Origin: Candidatus Eiseniibacteriota bacterium
GTDB lineage: Bacteria; Eisenbacteria; RBG-16-71-46; SZUA-252
NCBI GenBank assembly: GCA_036274595.1
Contig: DASUFL010000056.1
Span: 28,030 to 92,029, forward strand
Length of the DNA: 64,000 nt
Direction of reading: 5' to 3'
The notes beneath the pieces are model-generated. The model was not told where the DNA came from. It saw nothing but the letters and a program-made list of their open reading frames with translations, and did not search any database. Made by a program: the position numbers and the translations under genes. Shown piece by piece: positions 37,156-46,840 of this stretch (position 1 is the first letter of the stretch; each line of letters begins with the position of its first letter).

Positions 37156-38544
37156 CTAGCTGTGGATCGCGCGGCCGTCGACGGCCAGCGCGGCTTCCTT
37201 GAGAGCCTCCGCCAGGGTGGGATGGGCGTGGCAGGTGCGGGCCACGTCTTCGGAGGTCGCGCCGAACTCCATCGCGGCGACGGCCTCGGCGATCATGTCG
37301 CCGGCCCGGGGGCCGATGATGTGGATGCCGAGGATGCGGTCGGTCGAGGCGTCGGCGAGCACCTTCACCCGGCCGTCGATCTGGCCGAGCGCATGGGCGC
37401 GAGCGTTCGCGCGAAAGAAGAAGACCCCCTTGCGGTACGCTGCGCCGTCCGCCTTCAGCTCGTCCTCGGAGCGGCCGACCGTCGCAATCTCGGGCTGCGT
37501 GTAGACCACGCCGGGAATCGCGTCGTAGTTCACGTGTCCGTAGCCGGTGACGATTCCCTCGACGCAGGCGACTCCTTCCTCTTCGGCCTTGTGCGCGAGC
37601 ATGGCGCCGCCGATCACGTCGCCGATGGCGTAGACGCCTTCGGCCGCCTGGTAGTGGGCGTCGACCGGGACCCGCCCGCGCTCGTCGACTTGAATGCCGA
37701 CCGACGCGAGGCCGAGCCCCTCCGTGTTGGGCGCGCGGCCCACGGCGACGAGGACGCGGTCAGCCTGGATCGGCTCCTGACCCTCGCACTCGACGACGCA
37801 GTCCTTCCCCTTCACCCTCGCCGCCGTGACCTTCTGCTGGAGGCGGATCTCCATGCCCTGACGTGCGAGGAGCTTCTGTCCCTCGCGCGCGATCTCCGAA
37901 TCCATGCCGGGAAGGATGCGGTCGAGGTACTCGACCACCGTGACCTTGGCCCCGAGGCGGAGCCAGACGGAGCCGAGCTCGAGTCCGATGTAGCCGGCGC
38001 CGATCACCACGAGATGCTTGGGCACCGACGCGTACGCGAGCGCTTCCGTGCTCGAGCCGATCCTCTCGCCGCTCCACTCGACGCCTGGCAAAGAAGCCGG
38101 CTTGCTCCCCGTCGCGATGAGGATGTTCCTGGCCGCGAGCGTCGTCGTCTGGGGCCCGCTCTTCACGCGCACGCGCCCCGGTCCGTCGATCGTGCCCACG
38201 CCCTTGTAGCGGGTGACCTTGTTCTTCTTGAAGAGGAAGTCGACGCCCTGCGTGCGGCCGCGGACGACCTCGTCCTTGCGCTTGAGCATGGTCGGGAGGT
38301 CCAGCTCGACCTGGCCCACCTTCACGCCATGCGGTGCGAGCGCGTCCTTGGCTTCGTGGTAGCGCTCGCTCGACTCGAGCAGGGCCTTGCTCGGGATGCA
38401 GCCGATCCGGAGGCAGGTCCCGCCAAGAGCTTCCTCGAGCTCGACGCAGCCGACGTTGAGCCCGAGCTGCGCGGCGCGGATGGCGGCGACGTAGCCTCCC
38501 GGCCCGGCGCCGATCACGACCAGGTCGTGGGATGCGTCGGCCAT
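37156..38544 (-). CDS. lpdA: Dihydrolipoyl dehydrogenase (E3)
   Basis: DLVVIGAGPGGYVAAIRAAQLG…GGTCLRIGCIPSKALL is the redox-active disulfide. The second FAD/NAD motif is HLVVIGAGYIGLELG. A C-terminal …HAHPTLAEA… is present. Confidence 0.9.
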   Translation of the reverse strand: MADASHDLVVIGAGPGGYVAAIRAAQLGLNVGCVELEEALGGTCLRIGCIPSKALLESSERYHEAKDALAPHGVKVGQVELDLPTMLKRKDEVVRGRTQGVDFLFKKNKVTRYKGVGTIDGPGRVRVKSGPQTTTLAARNILIATGSKPASLPGVEWSGERIGSSTEALAYASVPKHLVVIGAGYIGLELGSVWLRLGAKVTVVEYLDRILPGMDSEIAREGQKLLARQGMEIRLQQKVTAARVKGKDCVVECEGQEPIQADRVLVAVGRAPNTEGLGLASVGIQVDERGRVPVDAHYQAAEGVYAIGDVIGGAMLAHKAEEEGVACVEGIVTGYGHVNYDAIPGVVYTQPEIATVGRSEDELKADGAAYRKGVFFFRANARAHALGQIDGRVKVLADASTDRILGIHIIGPRAGDMIAEAVAAMEFGATSEDVARTCHAHPTLAEALKEAALAVDGRAIHS

Positions 38545-38545
38545 G

Positions 38546-39853
38546 TCAGATCCCGAGCAGCATGCGGGTGGGCCGCTCGACCAGCTCCTTGATGTGCTTC
38601 AGGAAGGCGACCGACTCGCGGCCGTCGACGATGCGATGGTCGTACGTGAGCGCCACGTACATCATGGAGCGGATCACGATCTGATCGTCCACGACGACCG
38701 GGCGCTTCTGGATGGCGTGGAGCCCGAGGATGCCGCTCTGCGGCGGGTTGATGATCGGGGTCGAGAGGAGCGAGCCGTACACGCCGCCGTTCGACACGGT
38801 GAACGTGCCCCCCTTGAGCTCGTCCAGGTGGAGCTTGTTGTCGCGCGCGCGCGCGCCGAAGTCTGCGATCTGAAGCTCGATCTCGGCGAAGCTCAGCCGC
38901 TCCGCGCCCCGGAGCACGGGCACGACGAGCCCTTTTCCGCCGCCGACGGCGATCCCGATGTCGTAGTAGTTCCGGTAGAGGACTTCCTTGTCGCGGATCT
39001 CGGCATTCACTTGTGGATACTTCATGAGGGCGTCGATGGATGCCTTCACGAAGAAGGACATGAACCCCAGCTTGACGCCGAAGCGCTCCTGGAACGCCTC
39101 GCGCAGCTCCTCGCGCACGGCGATCACCTGGGTCATGTCGACCTCGTTGAACGTCGTGAGGAGCGCCGAGGTGTTCTGCGCCTCCTTGAGGCGCTGCGCG
39201 ATCCGGAGCCGCATCGGGCTCATCGGGACCGCTTCCTCGATCCGTTCGCCCGTGTCGGGCGGCGGTGTCCATGCGGGGACCGGAGCGGTGGGCTTGGACG
39301 GCGCCGCGGGCGCGGACGGCGCGGGTTTCCGCGTCATCTGCTCGAGAACGTCTTCCTTGAGGATCCGCCCGCCAGGCCCGGTGCCCTGGACGTCGCTCGC
39401 CTCACGTCCTTGCTGCGCGAGCTCGCGGCGTGCGGACGGCATGACGCGCGGCTCGCCGCGCATCGGGGGTGCGGCCGAGGAGCGTGCGGGGGCCGGGGCA
39501 GGCTTGGCGGCTTGGGGCGCGGCAGGCGCGGCAGGCGCGGGCTTCGGAGGCTCGCTCTTCGCGGGAGCGGGCGCCGGCGCCCGGGTCGACGTCGCGGAGG
39601 CCTTTCCGTCTCCCGTCCCCTCGCCGATCGTCGCGATGAGATCGCCGACCTTCGCCGACTCGCCCTTCTTCTTCAGCACCTGCGAGAGCGTGCCCGACAC
39701 GGGCGCGGGAAGCTCCAGCGTCGCCTTGTCGGACTCGATCTCGACGAGCGCCTCATCGCGCTCGACCAAGTCCCCTTCGTTCTTCAGCCAGGTGCCTATC
39801 TGCACCTCGGTAATCGATTCGCCCACCTCGGGAACGCGCAGCTCGACCGCCAT
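38546..39853 (-). CDS. sucB: Dihydrolipoyllysine-residue succinyltransferase (E2 of 2-oxoglutarate dehydrogenase)
   Basis: The lipoyl domain is …EIESDKATLELPAPVSG…. An Ala/Pro-rich linker follows. The catalytic domain is …LTYDHRIVDGRESVAFL…. ATG at 39853. Confidence 0.9.
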   Translation of the reverse strand: MAVELRVPEVGESITEVQIGTWLKNEGDLVERDEALVEIESDKATLELPAPVSGTLSQVLKKKGESAKVGDLIATIGEGTGDGKASATSTRAPAPAPAKSEPPKPAPAAPAAPQAAKPAPAPARSSAAPPMRGEPRVMPSARRELAQQGREASDVQGTGPGGRILKEDVLEQMTRKPAPSAPAAPSKPTAPVPAWTPPPDTGERIEEAVPMSPMRLRIAQRLKEAQNTSALLTTFNEVDMTQVIAVREELREAFQERFGVKLGFMSFFVKASIDALMKYPQVNAEIRDKEVLYRNYYDIGIAVGGGKGLVVPVLRGAERLSFAEIELQIADFGARARDNKLHLDELKGGTFTVSNGGVYGSLLSTPIINPPQSGILGLHAIQKRPVVVDDQIVIRSMMYVALTYDHRIVDGRESVAFLKHIKELVERPTRMLLGI

Positions 39854-39909
39854 CCGTGTCTCCTCGGAACCGTAGGGCTCTGCATCGGCCGGGCTCGGCC
39901 GGGCACCGA

Positions 39910-42783
39910 TTATGCCATGTCGAAGGCGGCGGTGAGGAGCCGCTCCTGCTCCAGGCGGTGGCTGCTCAGGGCGCCGCTCGCGGGAGTCGCGGCCTCGGGA
40001 CGCGTGACGCCGCTCAGGGGATGCCGTCCGAACAAGGATGTGCCGAATCGCGCCAGGATGTAGCTCCAGGCGCCCATGTTCTCGGCCTCCTCCTGGACCC
40101 AGACCACCGGCGTTCCGTCCCGCGCGCCCTGGACCACGGGCTCGAGCGCGCCCGCCGCGAGCGGGTAGAGCTGCTCCACGCGCGCGATGGCGATGTCCTT
40201 TCGCTTCAGCGATTCCCGCTTCGCCACGAGCTCGTAGTAGATCTTGCCGGAGCAGAGGAGGATCCGTTTCGCGTCCGCCGGCTTCACGATGAGATCGGGA
40301 ATCACGCGCTGGAACCTGCCGCGCGTGAGATCGGCGATCGGCGAGACGCAGGCGGGATGGCGGAGGAGGCTCTTCGGCGTCATCACGACGAGCGGCTTTC
40401 GCCAAGGGCGCACGACCTGGCGCCGAAGCACGTGGAAGTACTGCGCCGGCGTCGAGGGATAGACGACCTGGATGTTGTCCTTGGCCGCGAGCTGGAGGAA
40501 GCGCTCCAGCCGTGCGCTCGAATGCTCCGACCCCTGTCCCTCGAGTCCGTGCGGCAGGAGGAGCACGAGCGCCGAGAGCCGGCGCCACTTCTCTTCGCCC
40601 GACACCAGGAATTGGTCGATGATCACCTGCGCCGCGTTCACGAAGTCGCCGAACTGCGCCTCCCAGAGCGTGAGACCGGCCGGGCATTCGAGGCTGTAGC
40701 CGTACTCGAAGCCGACCACCCCGACTTCGCTGAGCGGGCTGTTGATGATGTCGACGGGCGCCTGATCCTTCGACAGGTGCTGCAGCGCGACGTGGAGCCT
40801 TCCGTTCTCCGCGTCGAAGAGCCCCGCGTGCCGCTGGCTGAACGTGCCGCGGAGGCTGTCCTGTCCGGACAGGCGGACGCGCGCGCCTTCGAGCGCGAGG
40901 CTCCCGAAGGCGACCGACTCCGCCGAGGCCCAGTCGAGCGGCTTCTCGCCGCGCGCCATCTGGCGTTTCAGCTCGAGGCCGCGCCGGGCCTTGGGATGGG
41001 GATGGAATCCCTCCGGCACGGAGGCCTGGGCCTCGAGGATCCTGGACGCGCGCTCGAGGGTGATGCCGGTGTCCGGCTCGGGGACGTCCGCGTCCGGGCC
41101 GCCCTTGTAGTCGGTCCACGCCTCCGTGAGCGATTCGACTGTCAGGTGCCCGTCGCCGTTCCTGGCGTGCGTCAGCTCCTCCTCGAGGAAGGCGCGCTTG
41201 GCCCGCGCGAATCCGTCGGCCTCGTCGCGCGTCACCCGGCCAAGGCGGATCAGCTCGTCCCGGTAGCGCTCGTGCACCGGCGCGCGGGCCGCGATCGTGC
41301 GGTAGAGCTGGGGCTGCGTGAAGGCGGGTTCGTCCCCCTCGTTGTGCCCGTGCCGGCGATACCCGTAGAGATCGATGACCACGTCGCGATGGAACTGCTG
41401 GCGGAACTCCATCGCGAGGCGCGTCACGTACAGGACCGCCTCGAGATCCTCGCCGTTCACGTGGAAGATCGGCACCTGGAGCATGCGCGCGACGTCGGTC
41501 GCGTACGGCGTCGACCGGCCTTCCTCGGGAAGCGTGGTGAATCCGATCTGGTTGTTCACGATGACGTGGAGCGTGCCGCCGGTCTTGTAGCCGGCGAGCT
41601 GGCTCATGTTGAGCACCTCCTGCACCACGCCCTCGCCCGCGAACGCGGCGTCGCCGTGGATCAGGAGCACCATGCCCATGTCGCCCGAACGATCGCCGAC
41701 CCTGTCCTGCTTGGCGCGCATCCGGCCGACCGCGACGGGATCGACGTACTCGAGGTGGCTCGGGTTGTAGCAGAGCGAGAGGTGCATCGCCCCCCCGCTC
41801 TCCGTCTCGAGATCGACGCTGTAGCCGAGGTGGTACTTCACGTCCCCCTTCCCCACGTACATCTCCGGATCGGCGTCCTCGAACTCGCGGAAGATGCGGC
41901 GAGGAGCCTTCCCCATGACGTTGGCGAGCACATTGAGCCGCCCGCGATGCGCCATGCCCATCACGATCTCGCACTGCCCCTGGCGCGATGCCGTCTCGAT
42001 CACGAGATCGAGGAGCGGGATCAGGGACTCGGAGCCCTCGAGCGAGAAGCTCTTCGAGCCGATGTACTTCTTCTGGATGAAGTCCTCGAAGACCTGCGCC
42101 TCGGTGAGGCGGCGCAGGACCTTCACCTGCTCCTCGCGAGAGAGGACGGCGTGATTCTGCGAGCGCTCCATCCGGTGCTGGAGCCACTCGCGGATGGACG
42201 TGTCCTCGATGTGGAGGTAATGCGCGCCCACCGACCCGCAGTAGGTCCGCTTCAGGCGCTCCAAGATCTGGCGCATCGGGACGGGCGCGCCGTCCGAGAT
42301 GGGATCGGCGATCGTCCGGTCGAGGTCCGCCTCGGTGAAGCCGAAGTAGGCGGGCTCGAGGTCGCTCGGCATGGGTCGCGGAGCGCCCAGCGGATCGACC
42401 TTGGCGATCAGGTGCCCGCGCGCGCGGAAGCTCCGGAAGAGCGCCTCCGCGCTCCTCGCGAACTCGGCGGTCGAGTCCACGGCTTCGGCCGTCGCGGGGG
42501 CGCCGTTCGACGGGGTGCGCGCGACGAAGGTCCCGATCATCCCGGCCCGATCTACGTTCGACGGCACGCGCGCCCTGGTCGCGCGTCCGAAGAGCCGCTG
42601 GGGCGGGAACGAGGGGTTGAGCTGGGGCCGGGAGGCGAAGCCGTTCGCTTCCGGCGCCAGCGTCTGGAAGTATTCCCGCCACGCCTCCGGAACCGACTCC
42701 CGATCGCGGAGGAATTCGGCGTAGAGGGCCTCCACGAAGGGGAGGCTCAGCGTATTGGGGCCTTGTGGGTCGAAATCGGACAT
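39910..42783 (-). CDS. sucA: 2-oxoglutarate dehydrogenase E1 component
   Basis: 957 aa. N-terminal …FVEALYAEFLRD…, the TPP-binding region (…HRGRLNVLANVMGK…GDAAFAGEGVV…) and the C-terminal transketolase-like domain are present. ATG at 42783. Confidence 0.9.
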   Translation of the reverse strand: MSDFDPQGPNTLSLPFVEALYAEFLRDRESVPEAWREYFQTLAPEANGFASRPQLNPSFPPQRLFGRATRARVPSNVDRAGMIGTFVARTPSNGAPATAEAVDSTAEFARSAEALFRSFRARGHLIAKVDPLGAPRPMPSDLEPAYFGFTEADLDRTIADPISDGAPVPMRQILERLKRTYCGSVGAHYLHIEDTSIREWLQHRMERSQNHAVLSREEQVKVLRRLTEAQVFEDFIQKKYIGSKSFSLEGSESLIPLLDLVIETASRQGQCEIVMGMAHRGRLNVLANVMGKAPRRIFREFEDADPEMYVGKGDVKYHLGYSVDLETESGGAMHLSLCYNPSHLEYVDPVAVGRMRAKQDRVGDRSGDMGMVLLIHGDAAFAGEGVVQEVLNMSQLAGYKTGGTLHVIVNNQIGFTTLPEEGRSTPYATDVARMLQVPIFHVNGEDLEAVLYVTRLAMEFRQQFHRDVVIDLYGYRRHGHNEGDEPAFTQPQLYRTIAARAPVHERYRDELIRLGRVTRDEADGFARAKRAFLEEELTHARNGDGHLTVESLTEAWTDYKGGPDADVPEPDTGITLERASRILEAQASVPEGFHPHPKARRGLELKRQMARGEKPLDWASAESVAFGSLALEGARVRLSGQDSLRGTFSQRHAGLFDAENGRLHVALQHLSKDQAPVDIINSPLSEVGVVGFEYGYSLECPAGLTLWEAQFGDFVNAAQVIIDQFLVSGEEKWRRLSALVLLLPHGLEGQGSEHSSARLERFLQLAAKDNIQVVYPSTPAQYFHVLRRQVVRPWRKPLVVMTPKSLLRHPACVSPIADLTRGRFQRVIPDLIVKPADAKRILLCSGKIYYELVAKRESLKRKDIAIARVEQLYPLAAGALEPVVQGARDGTPVVWVQEEAENMGAWSYILARFGTSLFGRHPLSGVTRPEAATPASGALSSHRLEQERLLTAAFDMA

Positions 42784-43012
42784 AATCCTCGTCTCGGTCG
42801 GGTCCTGGATGTTTGGATGGCGCCCGCCCCGCGGAGCTTCGGCAGTCACCACGCCCGCGGGAGAGGGGGCGCGAAAAGGATCGCCCTCCTCGCCCGGCCG
42901 AATATGATGCCAGAGCGGGACGGTCGGTTCATCAACTTAGTCGATGGCAATAGCTTCCAGCCGATTCCGGAGGGCCCGATGGGGTCCGTTCAGGGTCGAG
43001 GTCGAGGGCCGA

Positions 43013-44377
43013 ATGATCTCCAGTATCAATCCGGCGACGGGTGAGACCCTAGCGACTTACGAAGCGATGTCGCCGGCCGAGACGGTGCGGGTGGTCGAGC
43101 GGGCCAACCAAGCCTTTCGGACGTGGCGGCGGCTCGGCTTCATCGAGCGGGCCAGGCCGATGAAGCGAGCGGGCGACCTCCTCGACGAGCGGAAGGACGC
43201 GCTCGCCCTCCTCATGGCGCGCGAGATGGGAAAGCCCATCGCCCAGGGAATCTCCGAGGCCGAGAAGTGCGCCTGGGTCTGCCGCCATTACGCGGAGCAC
43301 GCGCAGACGTTCCTCGTTCCCGAGGAGATCCCGAGCGACGCGGCGAAGAGCTACGCGGCCTTTCAGCCGCTCGGCGTCGTGCTCGGCGTGATGCCGTGGA
43401 ATTTTCCCTTCTGGCAGGTCTTCCGCTTCGCCGCGCCGACGCTCATGGCGGGAAACGCGTGCGTGCTCAAGCACGCATCCAACGTGACCGGGTGCGCGCT
43501 CGCGATCGGGGACGTCATGCGCGACGCGGGATTCCCGGAGGGGCTGTTCGGCGTGCTCCTCGTGCCGGGAGACCAGGTCGCGCGCGTGATCGAGATGCCG
43601 CTCGTGCGCGCGGTGTCGCTCACGGGGAGCGCGGCGGCCGGGCGCTCGGTCGCGCGCGAGGCGGGGCGCGTGCTCAAGAAGTGCGTGCTCGAGCTGGGCG
43701 GGAGCGATCCCTACGTCGTGCTCGAGGACGCGGAGCTGGGCCCGGCCGTCGAGACCTGCGTGGCCTCGCGGCTCATCAACGCCGGCCAGAGCTGCATCGC
43801 GGCGAAGCGATTCATCGTGGTGCGTTCGCTCGAGCGCGCGTTCACCGAGCGCATGGTCGACCTCATGCGCGAGAAGACGCAGGGCCAGCCCACCGAGCCG
43901 GGCATCGACCTGGGGCCCCTCGCGCGCCGCGATCTCAGGGACCAGCTCCATGCGCAGGTCACGGAGAGTGTGCGGCGCGGTGCGGTGCGGGCGCTCGGAG
44001 GCACCGTGCCGCCCGGCGCCGGAGCGTTCTACCCGCCGACGGTCCTCACCTCGGTGCGCCCCGGCATGCCCGCGTACGAGGAGGAAACGTTCGGCCCCGT
44101 GGCCGCGGTGATCACGGCCGACGACGAAGCGGACGCCATCCGGATCGCGAACGACAGCCCGTTCGGGCTCGGCGCGGCCGTCTTCACCAAGGACCGCGCG
44201 CGCGGCGAGCGCATCGCGGCCGAGGAGCTCGACGCGGGCGCGTGCTTCGTGAACGCGTTCGTGCGGTCCGATCCGCGGCTCCCGTTCGGCGGGGTCAAGG
44301 ACTCCGGCTACGGACGCGAGCTCTCCTCGTTCGGCATCCGGGAATTCGTGAACATCAAGACGGTCTACGTGGCGTAG
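43013..44377 (+). CDS. NAD(P)-dependent aldehyde dehydrogenase, succinate-semialdehyde-dehydrogenase-like
   Basis: The ALDH fold includes …FQPLGVVLGVMPWNFPFWQV…. The catalytic Cys is in LELGGSDPY…GQSCIAAKRF, together with …EETFGPVAAV…. ATG at 43013, SD-like GAGG upstream. Confidence 0.8.
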   Translation: MISSINPATGETLATYEAMSPAETVRVVERANQAFRTWRRLGFIERARPMKRAGDLLDERKDALALLMAREMGKPIAQGISEAEKCAWVCRHYAEHAQTFLVPEEIPSDAAKSYAAFQPLGVVLGVMPWNFPFWQVFRFAAPTLMAGNACVLKHASNVTGCALAIGDVMRDAGFPEGLFGVLLVPGDQVARVIEMPLVRAVSLTGSAAAGRSVAREAGRVLKKCVLELGGSDPYVVLEDAELGPAVETCVASRLINAGQSCIAAKRFIVVRSLERAFTERMVDLMREKTQGQPTEPGIDLGPLARRDLRDQLHAQVTESVRRGAVRALGGTVPPGAGAFYPPTVLTSVRPGMPAYEEETFGPVAAVITADDEADAIRIANDSPFGLGAAVFTKDRARGERIAAEELDAGACFVNAFVRSDPRLPFGGVKDSGYGRELSSFGIREFVNIKTVYVA

Positions 44378-44417
44378 GCCCGGTCCGCGCCGCGGCTCGT
44401 TTCGAGCGACGCGCCCG

Positions 44418-46241
44418 CTATGAAGCCTCGTCCTTGGTCCAGGGTCCGAACGGAAACGCGATCCGGACCTGCATGATCCGCTCCCTCCGGTGCTCGGCCT
44501 CGAGGTGGTACACCCGTGCCCGGAGCAGGTCCTCGAGGGAGACCATGCCCACGAGCCTCCGGCCCGGGCCCCGTTCCACCACCGGAAACCGGGTGAGTCC
44601 CGTCGTGGCCATGCGGTGCACGGTGACGCGGAGCGGCTCGTCCGGATAGGCGACGACCGGATCGGCGCGCAGGATTCCCTCGAGCTCCACGGCCGCATCC
44701 GTCCGTGGGCCATCCGCGAGCACGGTCAGCTCGTACCGGGTGACGACGCCGTCGAGTCGCCCGTTCGCGTCCACGACGGGGAAGAGCCTCTGCGGGGCCG
44801 AGCCGGGGACGACGTGGAGCGACCGGTCGAGCTCCGGGAACGACAGTCGAGGGGGGAGCGCCGCGACGTCCGCGCGCATGACCTCGCGCACGAACAGGAT
44901 CTCGAGCGGATCGGTGGCGTATTCGCGGCTCAGGTGAAAGCCGCGCCTCGAGATCTTCTCCGTCAGGATCGAGCGCTTGAGCAGGAGCACCGTGAACCCG
45001 TGCGCGATCGAGACCGCGACCAGGAGCGGCAGGAGCATGTTCACGTCGTGGGTCAGCTCCAGGGAGAAGACGATGCCGGTGAGCGGGGCGCGCATCGTCC
45101 CCCCCAGGATCGCGCCCATGCTCACGAGCGGCCAGAATCCGGCGCCCCGGTCGGGCAGCACCCAGGCTTCGATCCCTCCCAGCGCGCCGCCGAGCATGAG
45201 GAGCGGCGCGAGGACGCCCCCGGACGTTCCCGAGCCGAGCGACACCGCCCAGATCAGCGCCTTCACGCCGAGGATCGCGAGCAGGACGGGCCCCGCGACC
45301 GAGCCCTGGAGCAGATCGCCGATCGTGTCGTAGCCGACCCCGAGCGCGCGCGGGAAGAAGAGGCCGCCGATCCCGACGACCAGTCCGCCGATCGCGGGCC
45401 ACCACATCCAGTGGATGGGGAGCCGGGCGAAGGCGTCCTCGGACGCGTAGACGGCGCGGGTCAGGAGGCCCGAGAGGACGCCGGCGAGGAGTCCCGCGAC
45501 GACGCAGCCCGCGAGCGCGTCGGGGCCGATGAAGGCGGGATGGGGCGCGACCGGGAAGAGAGGTCCCAGGCCCAGGATGTAGCGCCGCGCCGCCGCCGCG
45601 GTCGCGCTCGCGAGCGCGACGGGCACGAGGCTCCGCGGCTTCCACTCGAAGAGGAGGAGCTCCACGGCGAGAAGCGTCGCCGCGACCGGGGCCGCGAAGG
45701 TGGCGGCCATGCCCGCCGCGGCTCCGGCGACGAGGAGCGTCTTCCGCTCCGCGCTCGTCAGATGGAAGAACTGCGCGACCAGCGATCCGACCGCGCCCCC
45801 CGTCATGATGATCGGCCCCTCGGCGCCGAAGGGACCACCCGATCCGATGGAGATGGCGGAGGAGAGCGGCTTGAGCAGCGCGACCTTGGGCTCGACCTTG
45901 CTCCCGTGGAGGAGGATCGCCTCGATCGCTTCGGGAATTCCATGCCCCCGGATCCGCTCCGATCCATACCGCGCCATGAATCCGATGACGAGCGCGCCGA
46001 TCACGGGCACCGCCACGACCGCGAGGCCGAGCGCGTGGTCCGCGGGAGACGCGTGCGCGATCGAGATCCGGTGGAAGAAGAAGAGGTTGGTGAAGAAGTC
46101 GATGAGCGCCAGCAGGCCCTTCGCCACGAAGGAGGCGGCGAGGCCGATCGCGACGGCGATGAGACCGACGGGCAGAAGCCGGGGCGTGGCGGTGAAGTCC
46201 CCCAGCTCTTCCAGGGTGTCGGCGGCCGCCTTGGCGCTCAA
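44418..46241 (-). CDS. ClC-family chloride channel / H+-Cl- exchanger with C-terminal CBS pair
   Basis: ClC selectivity motifs are GHGIPE (GSGIP-like), GAEGP (GREGP-like) and …GSGTSGGVLAP…. Two CBS-like domains occupy the C-terminus. The start is TTG at 46241, overlapping the MarR stop (TTGA). Confidence 0.85.
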   Translation of the reverse strand: MSAKAAADTLEELGDFTATPRLLPVGLIAVAIGLAASFVAKGLLALIDFFTNLFFFHRISIAHASPADHALGLAVVAVPVIGALVIGFMARYGSERIRGHGIPEAIEAILLHGSKVEPKVALLKPLSSAISIGSGGPFGAEGPIIMTGGAVGSLVAQFFHLTSAERKTLLVAGAAAGMAATFAAPVAATLLAVELLLFEWKPRSLVPVALASATAAAARRYILGLGPLFPVAPHPAFIGPDALAGCVVAGLLAGVLSGLLTRAVYASEDAFARLPIHWMWWPAIGGLVVGIGGLFFPRALGVGYDTIGDLLQGSVAGPVLLAILGVKALIWAVSLGSGTSGGVLAPLLMLGGALGGIEAWVLPDRGAGFWPLVSMGAILGGTMRAPLTGIVFSLELTHDVNMLLPLLVAVSIAHGFTVLLLKRSILTEKISRRGFHLSREYATDPLEILFVREVMRADVAALPPRLSFPELDRSLHVVPGSAPQRLFPVVDANGRLDGVVTRYELTVLADGPRTDAAVELEGILRADPVVAYPDEPLRVTVHRMATTGLTRFPVVERGPGRRLVGMVSLEDLLRARVYHLEAEHRRERIMQVRIAFPFGPWTKDEAS

Positions 46242-46780
46242 CGGCGGGCCTTTCGGCCGACGGTCGGGCGAGCCTTGTCGGCCCCACGCCGCCCCGCGGG
46301 CTCCTCGAAGAACATCGCGGGGGGCTCGGCCGGCACCGCAAGCGTTCCCGCCACGTCATCGAGCGCCGACGCGAGCAGGCGGCGCCGGGAGGCGCCGAGC
46401 GCCTCGATCGCGGCGATCAGCCGGTCCTGCGCGGCCCCGGGGGCGCGGCGGAGGAGGCTCCGGCCGCGGGCGGTGAGGGAGAGCTCGAGCGCGCGGGCGT
46501 CGGCCAGGGACCGGAGCCGCTGGACCAGGCCACGCCGAACGAGGCGGGTCACCACGACGGACACGCTGCTCTGATGCGTGTGCGTCCGCCGCGCGAGCTC
46601 GTTGAGCGAGATGGCGGGGGATTCGCCCAGCTTCTGGAGGACGAAGAGCTGAGCCCCGCTCAAGCCCATGGAGCGCTCGGCGGAGCGCGAGGATTCCCGC
46701 AGGGCCTGGACCAGCGCACGAAGGCCGTCGAGCGCGCGCCGCGTATCCGGGGTGGGCTCGGTCGATATATTGGGTCCCAT
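46238..46780 (-). CDS. MarR-family transcriptional regulator
   Basis: The winged HTH is …LSGAQLFVLQKLGESPAISLNELARRTHTHQSSVSVVVTRLVRRGLV…. 180 aa. ATG at 46780. Confidence 0.7.
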   Translation of the reverse strand: MGPNISTEPTPDTRRALDGLRALVQALRESSRSAERSMGLSGAQLFVLQKLGESPAISLNELARRTHTHQSSVSVVVTRLVRRGLVQRLRSLADARALELSLTARGRSLLRRAPGAAQDRLIAAIEALGASRRRLLASALDDVAGTLAVPAEPPAMFFEEPAGRRGADKARPTVGRKARR

Positions 46781-46794
46781 ACATGTCTATGATG

Positions 46795-46814
46795 CCCCCG
46801 CGGCGCCGCGGGGG
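46795..46814. promoter_or_regulatory. Perfect 20-bp GC palindrome CCCCCGCGGCGCCGCGGGGG between divergent marR-like and ABC-F genes
   Basis: The sequence is self-complementary over all 20 nt. It lies 15 nt upstream of the MarR ATG and is preceded by the ACATGT palindrome. Confidence 0.4.
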
Positions 46815-46840
46815 CAAGGAAAACCGCGCGGCGGGCCGGG

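Noticed and set aside
38546-42682. 1378-aa ORF spanning sucB and most of sucA in another frame
   Set aside because: Only the C-terminal 435 aa (sucB) are a real protein. The rest is antisense or off-frame sucA sequence, and sucA is correctly read in the 39910..42783 frame.
42784-43012. Inverted repeats in the sucA / ALDH divergent region
   Set aside because: Only short, imperfect GC-rich complementarity (CGCCCGCCCCGCGG … CCGCGGGAG). It is indistinguishable from background in a 70% GC genome.
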